From positions 186,001 to 250,000 of the forward strand of contig JAHDYR010000016.1 of NCBI GenBank assembly GCA_019828565.1: DNA of 64,000 nucleotides, in the 5' to 3' direction. This document shows positions 32,919-43,342 of this stretch, one piece after another. The translations under genes were made by a program, and so were the position numbers. The notes under the pieces were generated by a model. It was not told the origin of the DNA. It ran no database searches and saw nothing but the letters and a program-made list of their open reading frames with translations. This DNA is from Carpediemonas membranifera BICM. Lineage: Eukaryota > Protista > Fornicata. Every line of letters begins with the position of its first letter. Within the stretch, counting starts at the first letter, position 1.

Positions 32919-34982
32919 CTATCTAGTCTTGGGCTTGTACTTCCGACGCTGCCAGTCGGCGTGCTTGTCTGCCACAAGCCGCTTCACCCGGGCCGACCTG
33001 AACTGCTTGTTCTTAACCCGCTCGCTGTGTGCGATCATCACCTGGTTCTTGTTCTTGGTCTTGACCTGGTTAGACGACCCACCGCCCTTGTTCTTGCCCC
33101 GAGAGCTCCCGTGCTCAGTAGGCAGGTTGTCCTTGCTGTGGGCCACCATCTCCTCCTTGCTCATACGGACGTGCTTGGCGTTCGCCAGCAGCCGCTCGGG
33201 ATCGACCTCCACGCCGACGGACTTGCCGAGCTCCATCACCGTCCGCTGCGCCTTGATCTCGTCCAGACGCCGGAAGTCGTCGTCGGTCAAGATTCTGACC
33301 GTATCAGCCCGGGGCCCGGTCTCCTCGGCCTCGCCCCTCTGCCGCGCGGCCTCCTGCTCGGCCTCGTACGCCTTGACGTCCTCCTCGTCGGGCGCCTCCT
33401 CGACCCAGACGTCGGAGTCGGAGTCGGAGTCGGAGTACACGCCCCAGCCGGCCCCCTCGCCGGCCTCCTCGGGCTTCTCGGGGTCAAGCATGTCTGCGCC
33501 CTCGAGGCTGGTTGCGGGCTTAGCCATGCGGCCGAACTGCACGCCCTCGATCATGCCGTGGCGCTCCTCGAATGCGGCCTGTCTGCCGCGCATGTTGCCG
33601 GGCAGGATCGCGGGGTTGACCATGCGATAGAACGAGAGCAGCCCGCCCGCCGCGGACGACACACCCTTGTCCTTGTGTCTGCGGTACTCCACGAGCTCCT
33701 GCAGCAGCTCCTTGTTGTCCTCGTCGAACACCAGCGGCTGCCTGCTGGCGATCTCCCGGATGGTGTTCAGCCCGATGGTCGGGAACTCCGTCCGCATGCC
33801 CTCCTGGATGAACTCGTTGGCGATCTTCCGCACGATCGGCTGCAGGGCGGCGGGGGGCACCTCGGGGTTCACGGCCTGCGACAGGACGGCCATGACCATC
33901 GTCACCTCGCTCTGACGGGCCTTGACGTACCTCTCGATGTACACGAAGAACTCCTCGATGAACAGGCCGTCCTGGGCGATCACCAGCGACAGCAGACGCA
34001 GTGTTGCCAGCCGCGTCTTCAGCTTCAACTTGCTCCTGGCCAGGGTGACCGTGACGAGACGCTCGGCGAAGGACTCGCTGTCCCGTAGGAGGGCGATGGC
34101 GTTGTTTGTGTGGCGGATGGTCTCGTCCGTCTCCTGGGGGTTGGCCGTCCGCTTCTTCCGCTCGAGCTGGGCCTGCATCGCCTCAATCTTCCTCTCGCGC
34201 TTCTTCTTGTTCTTCGTAGCCTTCTGGATGGTCAGCATCTCGCGCTGGATCTGGTGGGCGAGGCCCGTGATGCCCCGCTCGATGTCGAGCGTGTCCTTCT
34301 CCTCCGCGAGCTTGTCCTGGTCGCTAAAGAACGCCAGCGCCTCCCTCACCATCACCTCCTCGCGGTGGAAGCAGGCCTCGGCGATGGCGTTGACCAGGTT
34401 GGCGAGGCGGTTGCCCTCGTACACCTTCTTCTTGTAGAGGTCAATGAGGAGGCGGATCGACGTGCGGGCGATGCTGAGCTCGTCCCGGTTGACACTGTGG
34501 ATGACATGGGTCAGTACAGCCGTGGAGTTGCTGTACTTGCGCTGGATGCGGCGAAGAATGAAGTTGTAGGTCGCCTGGCGGAGGCCCTTGTCCTCGATGG
34601 CGTAGAGATCGAAGAAGTGGGGCATCAGCGTCAGAAAATCGTCCTGGGTCAGGCACTCGCGGTTGTGGATGAGGCCGAGGGACTGGACGATGGCTAGGCG
34701 CACGTCGGGGTGCATCGTCTGGCTGCGTTCAGTCGAGAGGGACAGCAACGCGTCATAGATCTCGCGGGTGTACTCCTTGTACACCGTAGCCATCTGAGCG
34801 ATGAAGCGGACGAGGTTGATGAGGTCTGAGGAGGTGTGTTGGTCATTTGCCTTGAACAGCTCCACACGCGCCTCGAAATGGGACTTCTGCGCTAGGAACT
34901 CCTCCTTATACCCATCGGGATCCTGCTTGGCGAACCTCTGAAGGTCATGCAGATCTAGAATCGTCGGTTCGGCGTCCTCCAT
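32919..34982 (-). CDS. SDA1: Ribosome biogenesis protein SDA1
   Basis: DPDGYKEEF, IGLNTIREI, KDKGV..A, RILTDDDF, SSNQVKTKNKN. Confidence 0.88.
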   Translation of the reverse strand: MEDAEPTILDLHDLQRFAKQDPDGYKEEFLAQKSHFEARVELFKANDQHTSSDLINLVRFIAQMATVYKEYTREIYDALLSLSTERSQTMHPDVRLAIVQSLGLIHNRECLTQDDFLTLMPHFFDLYAIEDKGLRQATYNFILRRIQRKYSNSTAVLTHVIHSVNRDELSIARTSIRLLIDLYKKKVYEGNRLANLVNAIAEACFHREEVMVREALAFFSDQDKLAEEKDTLDIERGITGLAHQIQREMLTIQKATKNKKKRERKIEAMQAQLERKKRTANPQETDETIRHTNNAIALLRDSESFAERLVTVTLARSKLKLKTRLATLRLLSLVIAQDGLFIEEFFVYIERYVKARQSEVTMVMAVLSQAVNPEVPPAALQPIVRKIANEFIQEGMRTEFPTIGLNTIREIASRQPLVFDEDNKELLQELVEYRRHKDKGVSSAAGGLLSFYRMVNPAILPGNMRGRQAAFEERHGMIEGVQFGRMAKPATSLEGADMLDPEKPEEAGEGAGWGVYSDSDSDSDVWVEEAPDEEDVKAYEAEQEAARQRGEAEETGPRADTVRILTDDDFRRLDEIKAQRTVMELGKSVGVEVDPERLLANAKHVRMSKEEMVAHSKDNLPTEHGSSRGKNKGGGSSNQVKTKNKNQVMIAHSERVKNKQFRSARVKRLVADKHADWQRRKYKPKTR

Positions 34983-35233
34983 CGCTTGAGCAAGAGGCAG
35001 GATAAGGCTCTACCGCTTTGGACCAGACAGGGTCCGGACGGTGCAACGAGACGCCTCTACCGCCAATTACCGTCGGCCCAGGCAATCGGCCCGTTGGCCA
35101 AAGTCAGTCCGGCTGAGTCCAGTATTATGAGACGGTCGAGCCCCCCTTGAACGCCCGCCAGCTGGCGTACACAGCACACCTCGCCCCATAGTCCGCCGCC
35201 GTAGCCATGCATATTTACAAAGCCGCCGTCCGC

Positions 35234-36175
35234 TCAGGCGTCCATCTCACTGCCGCCCAGGGCCTCTGTGGCCGTGTTCGACTGGCCGCTGTCAGACATC
35301 TCGCTCTCGGACGCCTCGCTGGTCCAGATACTGTCTGCCGGGTTAATCAGGTGCTCGGAACGGTTCTTGCGTCTGCGGATACGGCGGTGGGTAGGGAAGA
35401 TGCAGAACGTCAGAATGCCCTGGATCACACCGCAAGCGCTGTTGAACAGGGCCGGGGAGGCTGTGATGATGGCTTCCCTGCAATGCAGCGCCTTTACGAC
35501 CCTGTACCAGTAGAGCGGCAGCTGGAAGGGCAGCGTCGACAGGAGCACGAAGGCCACGGGGAGGAAGCCGGCCAAGCAGTTCCTCTTGGCTTTGATACAC
35601 GAGGACAGGGCGTGTCCGAGGGAGATGAGGCTGAATCCGATGGTGACAGTGAGGACGATGAAATAAAACGGGAAAAAGACAGCCATGCCAGGCCACGAAA
35701 TGTCTTGGAAGAAGCGCTTGGGGTTGCCGAAGAAGACGGTAACAGGGGTTGCGAGTACAACAACAGCAGCGGCCAGCGCGTGGACGAAAACTAGCCAAGC
35801 GACGACGACAAAGTGAACAGTGCGCTTCTGAACATTGAAAATGGAGTGAAGCACGCTGAACATGACGAATACGGCTGTATGCCCCAGGAGTTCGATGTCA
35901 GCGGCCTCCCAATAGATGACGCCAATGACTCTGGTTACAGGCAGGTAATCAGGTAAGAATTGACGGAGAGATGAAAGTGCCTGAACCAGTGCCAGCATGG
36001 TCAGATAGCCATATGGAGCTACCTCTCGGAAATCTTTCTTATAATGCTCGGGTAAGCGCTTTTGCTTGAATAATGCTGCAATCGAAATGCTGAACATTAT
36101 AAACGCACCAATGAGCCCCACTATACCGCCAAAGAAGCCTAGCGCGTCAATTGTCCAGAATGTTTTGTATACCAT
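35234..36175 (-). CDS. Seven-TM membrane protein, possibly GPCR-like (cAMP-receptor/Git3 type)
   Basis: About 7 hydrophobic segments; the last reads IQGILTFCIF, followed by a basic then Ser/acidic tail. Confidence 0.5.
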   Translation of the reverse strand: MVYKTFWTIDALGFFGGIVGLIGAFIMFSISIAALFKQKRLPEHYKKDFREVAPYGYLTMLALVQALSSLRQFLPDYLPVTRVIGVIYWEAADIELLGHTAVFVMFSVLHSIFNVQKRTVHFVVVAWLVFVHALAAAVVVLATPVTVFFGNPKRFFQDISWPGMAVFFPFYFIVLTVTIGFSLISLGHALSSCIKAKRNCLAGFLPVAFVLLSTLPFQLPLYWYRVVKALHCREAIITASPALFNSACGVIQGILTFCIFPTHRRIRRRKNRSEHLINPADSIWTSEASESEMSDSGQSNTATEALGGSEMDA

Positions 36176-36276
36176 CGCCGTTGCTCAATATTAAAGATGA
36201 GATGACGAACTTCCCAGGCTAAGCTGCACATCTTTCATTGCCGGGCGCGGTGATCAGTGGCGAGATGCAGTGCGAA

Positions 36277-36470
36277 TGTGTGTGAATGTGCAGGTGTGAG
36301 ACGTGAATACCGGACCCCAGTGCGCTGCAGATTGGCTCGACTTTGGCGAGGCTGATTCATCGAGACGAGACCAAGGGTCAGGGTGATTGTGAAAAGGAAA
36401 GCCCTTCTTTCAATGCCGCTGAATGGCTGTGGCTGCCAACTCACACCCGTCGTGAAACAATTCACATGCA
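36277..36470 (+). ncRNA. Candidate structured intergenic RNA
   Basis: Long-range stems TGTGTGTGAAT/ATTCACATGCA (two G-U pairs) and GGTGTGAG/CTCACACC. Confidence 0.25.
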
Positions 36471-36476
36471 GAGAAT

Positions 36477-37799
36477 TTACTTCTTTGCCTTCTTGCCCTC
36501 AGCCTTGAACTCGACGGCCTTGATGACACCGACAGCAACGGTCTGGCGCATATCACGGACGGCGAAACGGCCGAGAGGGGGGTACTCAGTGAAGGACTCG
36601 ACGCACATGGGCTTGGAGGGGAGCATGCGGGCGATGACGGAGTCACCGGTCTTGACCATCTTGGGGTTCTCCTCCTGGACCTTACCGGTACGGCGGTCGA
36701 TCTTCTGAAGAAGCTCAGAGAACTTGACGGCGATGTGAGCAGTGTGGCAATCAAGAACGGGGGTGTAGCCGGCGTGGATCTGGCCGGGGTGGTTCATGAT
36801 CATGACCTGGGCGTCGAAGGTGGCGCACTCGCAGGCGGGGTGGTCCTTGTCGTTGGAAGCAACCATGCCGCGCTTGACATCCTTGACGGAGACGTTCTTG
36901 ACGTTGAAGCCAACGTTGTCGCCGGGGACGGCCTCGGCGAGCTGCTCGTGATGCATCTCGACGGACTTGCACTCAGTGCGGACCATAGCGGGGGCGAAGC
37001 AGATGGTCATGCCGGGCTTGATGACACCGGTCTCAACACGGCCAACGGGCACAGTGCCGATGCCACCGATCTTGTAGACGTCCTGGAGGGGGAGGCGGAG
37101 GGGCTTGTCAACGGGGCGCACCGGGGGCTTGACGAGGTCGAGGGCCTCGATAAGGGTGGGGCCCTTGTACCAGGGCATGTTGGAGGAGCGCTCGAGCATG
37201 TTGTCGCCGTTCCAGCCGGAGATGGGGACGAAGGGAGTGTCCTCGGGCTTGTAGCCAACGCGCTTGATGAAGGAAGAAACCTCCTTGGAGATCTCCTTGT
37301 AGCGGGACTCGGCGAACTTGACGGACTCGGAATCCATCTTGTTGATGCCGATGATCATCTGCTTAACGCCAAGGGTGGAGGCGAGAAGAGCGTGCTCGCG
37401 GGTCTGGCCGTCCTTGGAGATGCCAGCCTCGAACTCACCCTGGCCAGCGGCGACGATGAGGAGAGCGACATCGGCCTGGGAGGTGCCGGTGATCATGTTC
37501 TTGATGAAATCACGGTGGCCGGGAGCATCGATGATGGTGAAGTGGTACTTGCCAGTCTCGAACTTCCAGAGGGCGATATCGATGGTGATACCACGCTCAC
37601 GCTCGGCCTTGAGCTTGTCAAGAACCCAGGCGTACTTGAAAGAGCCCTTGCCCATCTCGGAGGCCTCCTTCTCGAACTTCTCGATAGTACGCTTGTCGAT
37701 ACCGCCGCACTTGTAGATAAGGTGGCCGGTAGTGGTGGACTTGCCAACATCGACGTGACCGATAACAACGAGGTTAACGTGAGCCTTCTCCTTGCCCAT
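36477..37799 (-). CDS. EEF1A: Translation elongation factor 1-alpha
   Basis: [37 protein letters not shown]. Confidence 0.99.
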   Translation of the reverse strand: MGKEKAHVNLVVIGHVDVGKSTTTGHLIYKCGGIDKRTIEKFEKEASEMGKGSFKYAWVLDKLKAERERGITIDIALWKFETGKYHFTIIDAPGHRDFIKNMITGTSQADVALLIVAAGQGEFEAGISKDGQTREHALLASTLGVKQMIIGINKMDSESVKFAESRYKEISKEVSSFIKRVGYKPEDTPFVPISGWNGDNMLERSSNMPWYKGPTLIEALDLVKPPVRPVDKPLRLPLQDVYKIGGIGTVPVGRVETGVIKPGMTICFAPAMVRTECKSVEMHHEQLAEAVPGDNVGFNVKNVSVKDVKRGMVASNDKDHPACECATFDAQVMIMNHPGQIHAGYTPVLDCHTAHIAVKFSELLQKIDRRTGKVQEENPKMVKTGDSVIARMLPSKPMCVESFTEYPPLGRFAVRDMRQTVAVGVIKAVEFKAEGKKAKK

Positions 37800-37845
37800 T
37801 TCTAGACCTGTTTCTGTCTCGCTCAAAACAAGATTCCTTCTGGAT

Positions 37846-37858
37846 GGGCAAAAATGGT
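37846..37858. promoter_or_regulatory. GGGCAAAAATGGT element upstream of EF-1alpha
   Basis: The same 13-mer occurs inverted at 39520-39532, a similar distance upstream of RPL30. Confidence 0.45.
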
Positions 37859-38155
37859 TTTTACTAATTTATACAAGGTAGAGTGGAAGAAGAGGGCTCA
37901 TAACCACTTCATGGAAGTTCTATAGCGATTGAAGCCTGGTGTCTGCTTTTTATGCAAAAAATCGACGAAGTCAGGACAACCCGCACCGACTGTCTGGTCC
38001 GAGATCATCGACTCGTCGACTCGAATCCTGTGTCTCTTCGTCACAAGTAGCACTACTCTCTGAACGACTACGGCTGGCGTGTAGGGATCGATCCATCGCA
38101 CTCCAGCGTTCAGGGCCACGACATCCCTGTCAACCACACTACTTTACAAAACGGA

Positions 38156-38824
38156 CTACTCCTGGAAAACAACCTCCCAAGACTCTGGTTCGCGCCATGG
38201 AGCCTTCTCTACAGGCATGGGGATCGCGTCGAGGAACGCTCTCGCAATAGCACGATTGTCGCCTTCGCCCGCGAACGAGAAGAATGCGTCGCACTCAAGC
38301 TCAGCCTCCGCAAAAGCAGCCACCATCCGGGCAGTGTTGCCTGTCCCAACAACCTTCTTGATGTCAGCAGTATTCTCAGAGGCTGCAAGCTGCTCAAGTC
38401 GCCTGATCTTGCCGCCGTTCTTCCCCACATGACGGATGGGGTTGCTCTCCTCAAGCTGCGAGTCCGTCCGTGCAAACCGGTCGACACTCGACCAGACATT
38501 CACTGTACGCACACCGACTTGCTTCAGCCATGCCGCGAGGTCAGCCGACCAGGGCCCTTGGTGAAGCACTGGCCCCCTCATCTGTATGACAACCACATCG
38601 TCCTGGACGAAGACCTCGGTTACGGTGGAAAGAGGATGCGCCTCAAGCGGCTGTACCGTGATTGTTGACGCCACATGGTCGCTGAGCAGCCGGCCTGCGA
38701 GCTGGAAGCCGAGAGTGGTCACAAGCATGTCAATAGCAAGCTGTGCGCTACCACCGTGAGCGATGGCGGGAATAATGCACGTGTGTACGCCATTAAGCCG
38801 ACTGTTATCTCCGTAAAATTGCAT
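38156..38824 (-). CDS. PSMG2: Proteasome assembly chaperone 2
   Basis: IIPAIAHGGSAQLAIDML, EGDN, WREPESW. Confidence 0.8.
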   Translation of the reverse strand: MQFYGDNSRLNGVHTCIIPAIAHGGSAQLAIDMLVTTLGFQLAGRLLSDHVASTITVQPLEAHPLSTVTEVFVQDDVVVIQMRGPVLHQGPWSADLAAWLKQVGVRTVNVWSSVDRFARTDSQLEESNPIRHVGKNGGKIRRLEQLAASENTADIKKVVGTGNTARMVAAFAEAELECDAFFSFAGEGDNRAIARAFLDAIPMPVEKAPWREPESWEVVFQE

Positions 38825-39039
38825 ACAGGCGTGTTTCTTGGCAAGCACGATCGTGATCAATCAGCTGATGACAGGCTGCGGGTTGGGTGCTGACAGCGGC
38901 GGTAGGCGGAGTGTACATGTCGTATGCTACCGTGCCAATGAATGGAATAGCCCATAGGATTGTAGCTGTTCTACCTCGGGCAGCTGGGGCCATCCTCACA
39001 AAGAGCAACGCGATACGATCACCCGGAAGACTTTATTGC

Positions 39040-39479
39040 TTACTCCTGGACAATGTCGAGGATGTCAGAGTCACCCTGGTCAAGGATGGCCATGGTGCCG
39101 ATACGGAAGTAGCGGCCGCAGGCGGTGCCGAGGTCGGTGTTGGTGCCAGTGTAGTGCTCAACGGGGACACGAGCGAGCATGCCGTAGTACTCGAGCTCAG
39201 ACTTGCGGAGAGCGGGGCAGTTGGCAGCGACGATAACGAGCTTAGCCTCACCAGCGCGCATGGCCTTAAGGGTCTGCTTGTAGCCAAGGGCGAACTTGCC
39301 GCTCTTAGTAACGAGCTGGAGGCGGGAGTTGATGGACTCAAGGGTCTTCTTGGTGGACTATGTTAGATGATGCGCATTGCACCAAAACTGGCACGGGCTT
39401 CATGCAAATTGGGGTATTGATGTGATTCCCAACACGGCTCACGACGAATTTTGATGTTTCATTAACGTACAGTGGACAT
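39040..39479 (-). CDS. RPL30: 60S ribosomal protein L30 (eL30); exons 39471-39479 and 39040-39357
   Basis: Spliced product MST|[31 protein letters not shown]...GTACGRYFR; 113-nt intron GTACGT...CTAACATAG. Confidence 0.93.
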
Positions 39480-39519
39480 TGGTCTTTGTTCTGGGATGAA
39501 CTCACAACGTGCTCAACAG

Positions 39520-39532
39520 ACCATTTTTGCCC
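39520..39532. promoter_or_regulatory. GGGCAAAAATGGT element upstream of RPL30
   Basis: Exact reverse complement of 37846-37858. Confidence 0.45.
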
Positions 39533-39791
39533 CCATCGGGTTCAAACCCGATCGAACGTAACCGCGTGAATTAGGCCGGGATGGGGACACTCTCCATGGA
39601 TGAGCACACTAGATCGCCTGTAAGTCGATAACTGCGGGCTGAGCAGAGTTCGCCAACTGGAGTCGGCAGAGTCTTGTGTCGGGTTGACAGCACACCGAGC
39701 TGGCTCAGCTTCCATTCCATGATGAGACAAGCCAATGAACATCTAAACAACGTATTAGACCACCGGAGGCTTAGTTTATGAATGTCATAAA

Positions 39792-40143
39792 TTAACCAAG
39801 GATGATGGCAGACTTCTTCTGCTTGCGCTCAGCGCCGAGCTCGAAGTGCTTCGCGCGCTTGAGGACAACGAAGTGGCGGTGCTTGCACTTGCTGCACTCA
39901 AGACGGAGAAGGATCTTCTTGGTAGTCTTGGCCTTGTTGTGCTGAACGGGCTTGGTCTGGCCACCAAAACCACGCTGCTTGCGCACATAACGGCGCTGGC
40001 CAAGAGCGGTATCGCGACGGGCACCAGACTTGCACTGAGTGACCTTGTGGACAGTGTGAGCGTTGTCGACGGTGCAGTGGGTCTATATGAGCAGAAAGAA
40101 ACGAAAATGGACATACACGGCGAGTCTTAGGGATGTTAACCAT
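39792..40143 (-). CDS. RPL44: 60S ribosomal protein L44/L36a (eL42); intron 40083-40116
   Basis: MVNIPKTRR|THC...HKVTQ...[12 protein letters not shown]...KAKTTKK; 34-nt GTATGT...ATAG intron. Confidence 0.95.
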
Positions 40144-40421
40144 TAACTGAGTGATAAATGTGGTTCGAATGCGACATACGGCGAGGACCAAGCAGCGTGT
40201 GACTTTTTTCGTAAAAAAAAAAGTTGCCCACTCAAACTTTTTAAAAAATTAAAACGATGGGTATTATGAGTGTTTGTCCTGGATCTCGGCGAAGGTACCA
40301 CCTTCGCAGTTTAAAAGAAGAGAATGACTTGTGCCTTCAAAGTTCTTCAACAAACTGACCAATTTTTGAGAGTAGTTTAACTTGATAGTGAGATCATAGC
40401 AAAAGGAACCAATATGCACAC

Positions 40422-42614
40422 CTACGTCGCACCCTCTGGGTCGCGTCCGAAGCTGAGCACATACTCCTTGCTGTTGAGCTCGGCCACGTGCTGCTGCTCC
40501 AGCCAAGTGCACTCCTCCTGCAAACTCCGGCACTTTGCCAAGCTCACACTTGTGCTGTCACCGCTCCTGGTAATCATTCGGGCAGGCTCCCCGGGCGGGC
40601 CGGCAGGGGCGATGAGTCTGATCGTGTGGAGCACTGGATGGTCCAGATCACCGGTCAGCGGGTTCGGGGGGACACTATTGAGGGGGGTCGACCCGACACC
40701 GCCGACAGGCTCGGCCACTAGTGAAATGCCGAGCATGCCAAGCTGGCCGGACAAGTCTTCGAGCACGGTCGGGGTGAAGTCTCTGATGGACTCGACCCCC
40801 GCCTCCGCCGTCCTGGTCCCGTTGCTTGTGAGAGCGGCGTTCCACTTCGACAACGCGAGCAGGCTGGCCCAATATGTATTCCGGTCTGTCTGCTGGCGCC
40901 TTCTCTCCGGCAGCTGCCTCGCCTTGGCCGCGAGTGTGCGGATCTTGGCCTGGTTGCCGTGCCCCTCGTCCTTGGGCCCGGCCTCGAGCTCGGCCTGCTG
41001 GCCTCTCAGCGCTAGGTAGACCGCGTGGTCTGCGAGGAGCTTGTGGAGGTGCGAGGTGTGCTTCTTGTCGCCGACGACATCACCCACATCCGCTGACCGC
41101 TGCATGACGTCCTCGGCGTCCTTCTCGACCCGTTTCTTCTCCATGCTCTCCTTGAGATCGGCCACAAACATCTCAGCCGCCCTCTTGAAGATCTTGGCAG
41201 GCACGTTTTCTCTACTATGTTTCCGCACCTCCCGCACGAACGCGCTAAGAGGCCCGTGGACGTCGCTCGACCGGAGTATCGACTCCCCCGTCAGGTCCAG
41301 TAGCTGGGCGTCAGCACGACGGTCCCGCCCGTGGTCTCGCCCCCCATGGTCTTCCTTGCTGCCGACGACCTCAGCCACTAGCCGCTCAGCCGCAGTCGCC
41401 CTCCCAGACCGAGGCGAGTCGATACTGTAGTCGAAGTCGCCGTCGCTGTCCTCTGTCGGCGTGTACGTCCCGGTGAGTCTGCCGAGCTGCTTCTCGATAT
41501 GGTCGGCCCGCTTCTTCTCGTGGTAGTCCGGTCCTAGCTCTGGCACGTCCAGCCAGCCGTCGGGGACCTCTAACGACGGAATGAGACCCTCATGGACCCA
41601 GTCCGCGGCCAGTATGACCTTCTCCCTTGTGAGCAGGTCCTCGGGCCGGGGGCGGGGCTCGGTCGACTCGAACAAGTCGATGTCTTGCTCCGTGATTGTC
41701 GAGACAAGGGGAGCCAGCTGCCGCCAGTAGTCGAGCTCCTCCTTGGCCTGAAGGGCCGCCTCGTCTTCGATGTCACTCATACTATCGTCCTTGCCCGCGG
41801 CACGGACGGCGGCGCGCTGGGTCGGCCGGGCACGCATGCCCCCGCCTCGCCCGGCCCGGCCAAAGCGTCTCTTGGCGAGTATGTCACGCTTGGCACGCCT
41901 GGCTTCGCGGGCTACTCTGCTCCGCTCGTCCCTGGCACGATCCATCTCCTTCATTGCCCGCTTCTTCGCGGACTCGGCCTCCATCTGCTCCCGGAGGAGA
42001 GGCATGGGTGCCACTGCAAAGCCCGTGCCGCAGTGGCCGCAGACAAGCTCGGAGAACATGCGCTGCTCGCTCTGGAGAATGGTGTTCTTCGCGCCGGGGC
42101 TGGTGGTCTCCAGGGAGGCCTGGATGAAGACGTAGAGGGCCTCGAGCAGGGCGGCGCGGATGTCGGGACGCCCCTCGATGAGCGTGTTCAGGGCTGTGTC
42201 GGCAAGGAGCTTAGTGCGCACGGCGTCGATCTGCTTGGGTATAATAGGGATCTGCGCGACGTTGCGGAAGGGGAGGAGGATCTGCTCGAGGAAGATGTTG
42301 AAGTGGCGCAAGCGGGTGGGACTCAAGTCAATAGTAGGATCAATGAACATGAACAGATCCAAGAAATCCTCAGTAAGCTTCTCCTTGGCGACGAGAATGC
42401 CGCTTTGTGGCCCTTTGGGACTTTTCGTATCATACACGGCTGTGTGCCTGCCCAGAATGGAGAATCTACTGCTTTCAGCATGTACTGAACCATACTTGAT
42501 CCTAATAACACGTGGATCGAGCTCCATGCGGTACTTCTGTGATTCGCGCGCAGCTGCTTCGTTGAACTCGTCAACTCTCGAATCAACTGAGTGGCTGGGA
42601 CGCACATTCGGCAA
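40422..42614 (-). CDS. Hypothetical protein (weak resemblance to an ADA3-type segment); true start uncertain
   Basis: 730-aa ORF with a non-ATG track start. YWRQLAPLVSTITEQDI...VPELGPDY loosely resembles Ada3. Confidence 0.55.
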   Translation of the reverse strand: MPNVRPSHSVDSRVDEFNEAAARESQKYRMELDPRVIRIKYGSVHAESSRFSILGRHTAVYDTKSPKGPQSGILVAKEKLTEDFLDLFMFIDPTIDLSPTRLRHFNIFLEQILLPFRNVAQIPIIPKQIDAVRTKLLADTALNTLIEGRPDIRAALLEALYVFIQASLETTSPGAKNTILQSEQRMFSELVCGHCGTGFAVAPMPLLREQMEAESAKKRAMKEMDRARDERSRVAREARRAKRDILAKRRFGRAGRGGGMRARPTQRAAVRAAGKDDSMSDIEDEAALQAKEELDYWRQLAPLVSTITEQDIDLFESTEPRPRPEDLLTREKVILAADWVHEGLIPSLEVPDGWLDVPELGPDYHEKKRADHIEKQLGRLTGTYTPTEDSDGDFDYSIDSPRSGRATAAERLVAEVVGSKEDHGGRDHGRDRRADAQLLDLTGESILRSSDVHGPLSAFVREVRKHSRENVPAKIFKRAAEMFVADLKESMEKKRVEKDAEDVMQRSADVGDVVGDKKHTSHLHKLLADHAVYLALRGQQAELEAGPKDEGHGNQAKIRTLAAKARQLPERRRQQTDRNTYWASLLALSKWNAALTSNGTRTAEAGVESIRDFTPTVLEDLSGQLGMLGISLVAEPVGGVGSTPLNSVPPNPLTGDLDHPVLHTIRLIAPAGPPGEPARMITRSGDSTSVSLAKCRSLQEECTWLEQQHVAELNSKEYVLSFGRDPEGAT

Positions 42615-43342
42615 GCCTTTGGTAGGCCCTAGATGCCATGGGTGCCCTTTCGGCTGGTTTTGTCAGACGCATATTATCTTTCTGACTCCGGCAGAGTTCG
42701 AGTTGAACACCTTCAGGTGCACGACAGGTGGACCAAATGGGCCAAACGTCAAGAAAGAACGTATAGGCATGGAAACCTGACATATGACGTGGTTTTCCAA
42801 CATTTGCCTGAGGCTCGAACGAACCGACATGTCCATCACCGCTCAGTGCCATTCCGTGCTGAATCACGCCGTTTTCAGACACTATCATCTTCACCAGGTC
42901 GTTATATGTCGCGGAAGCGGGTCGCTTTGCCCACCGCTCTCCGCCATTGAGGCCTCCCTGCAAGATGGTCAGACGGCCGTTGAAACCGCGACGGAACGGG
43001 TGCATGATGATAGTAAACAACGATAGTAGCCAGCAGAACACTATTCATTCAATTAATTTGCCCGGGACCCCTTCCTCTCGCCTCAGCCTCGCCCTTTCTC
43101 ACGGTCGTCGGCCCCAGCCCCTGCTTGCCGTGAGCTAAACACTGTGGCCTCATTTACGTCGCAGTAGTGGTCATTTATGAAGCATGGTCGGCTTGACTGG
43201 AGTACCCAGGACACATCAGATGCTGGCACCCCAGTGACACGGCAGAGTCGGTCAACCTGGCCTCAGGGTCTACCGGCACAGGCCTGACGACAGATGACTG
43301 GCTACAGTTGTAGCTACCCGTGTTCCCATCCCCAAGCCCCCC

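Noticed and set aside
36240-36252. GCCGGGCGCGGTG, identical to the 5' end of mammalian 7SL/Alu
   Set aside because: The match stops at 13 GC-rich bases and no SRP helix 6/8 signature follows.
36735-37805. Long antisense ORFs (here opposite EF-1alpha; also 16478-17638, 23539-24753, 32961-34088)
   Set aside because: Shadow frames caused by GC-rich codon bias of the real genes; no protein motifs.
39535-39552. ATCGGG-TTCAAA-CCCGAT hairpin resembling a tRNA T-arm
   Set aside because: The stem register does not fit a 7-nt T-loop, and there is no D-arm, anticodon arm or acceptor stem.
39590-39745. Box C-like TGGATGA and ATGATGA between RPL44 and RPL30 (possible U3 or C/D snoRNA)
   Set aside because: No terminal box D after the best box C and no recognisable rRNA complementarity.
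42583-43041. 152-aa minus-strand ORF upstream of the 730-aa gene
   Set aside because: No motif and it overlaps the neighbouring ORF; it could be an upstream exon but that is unsupported.
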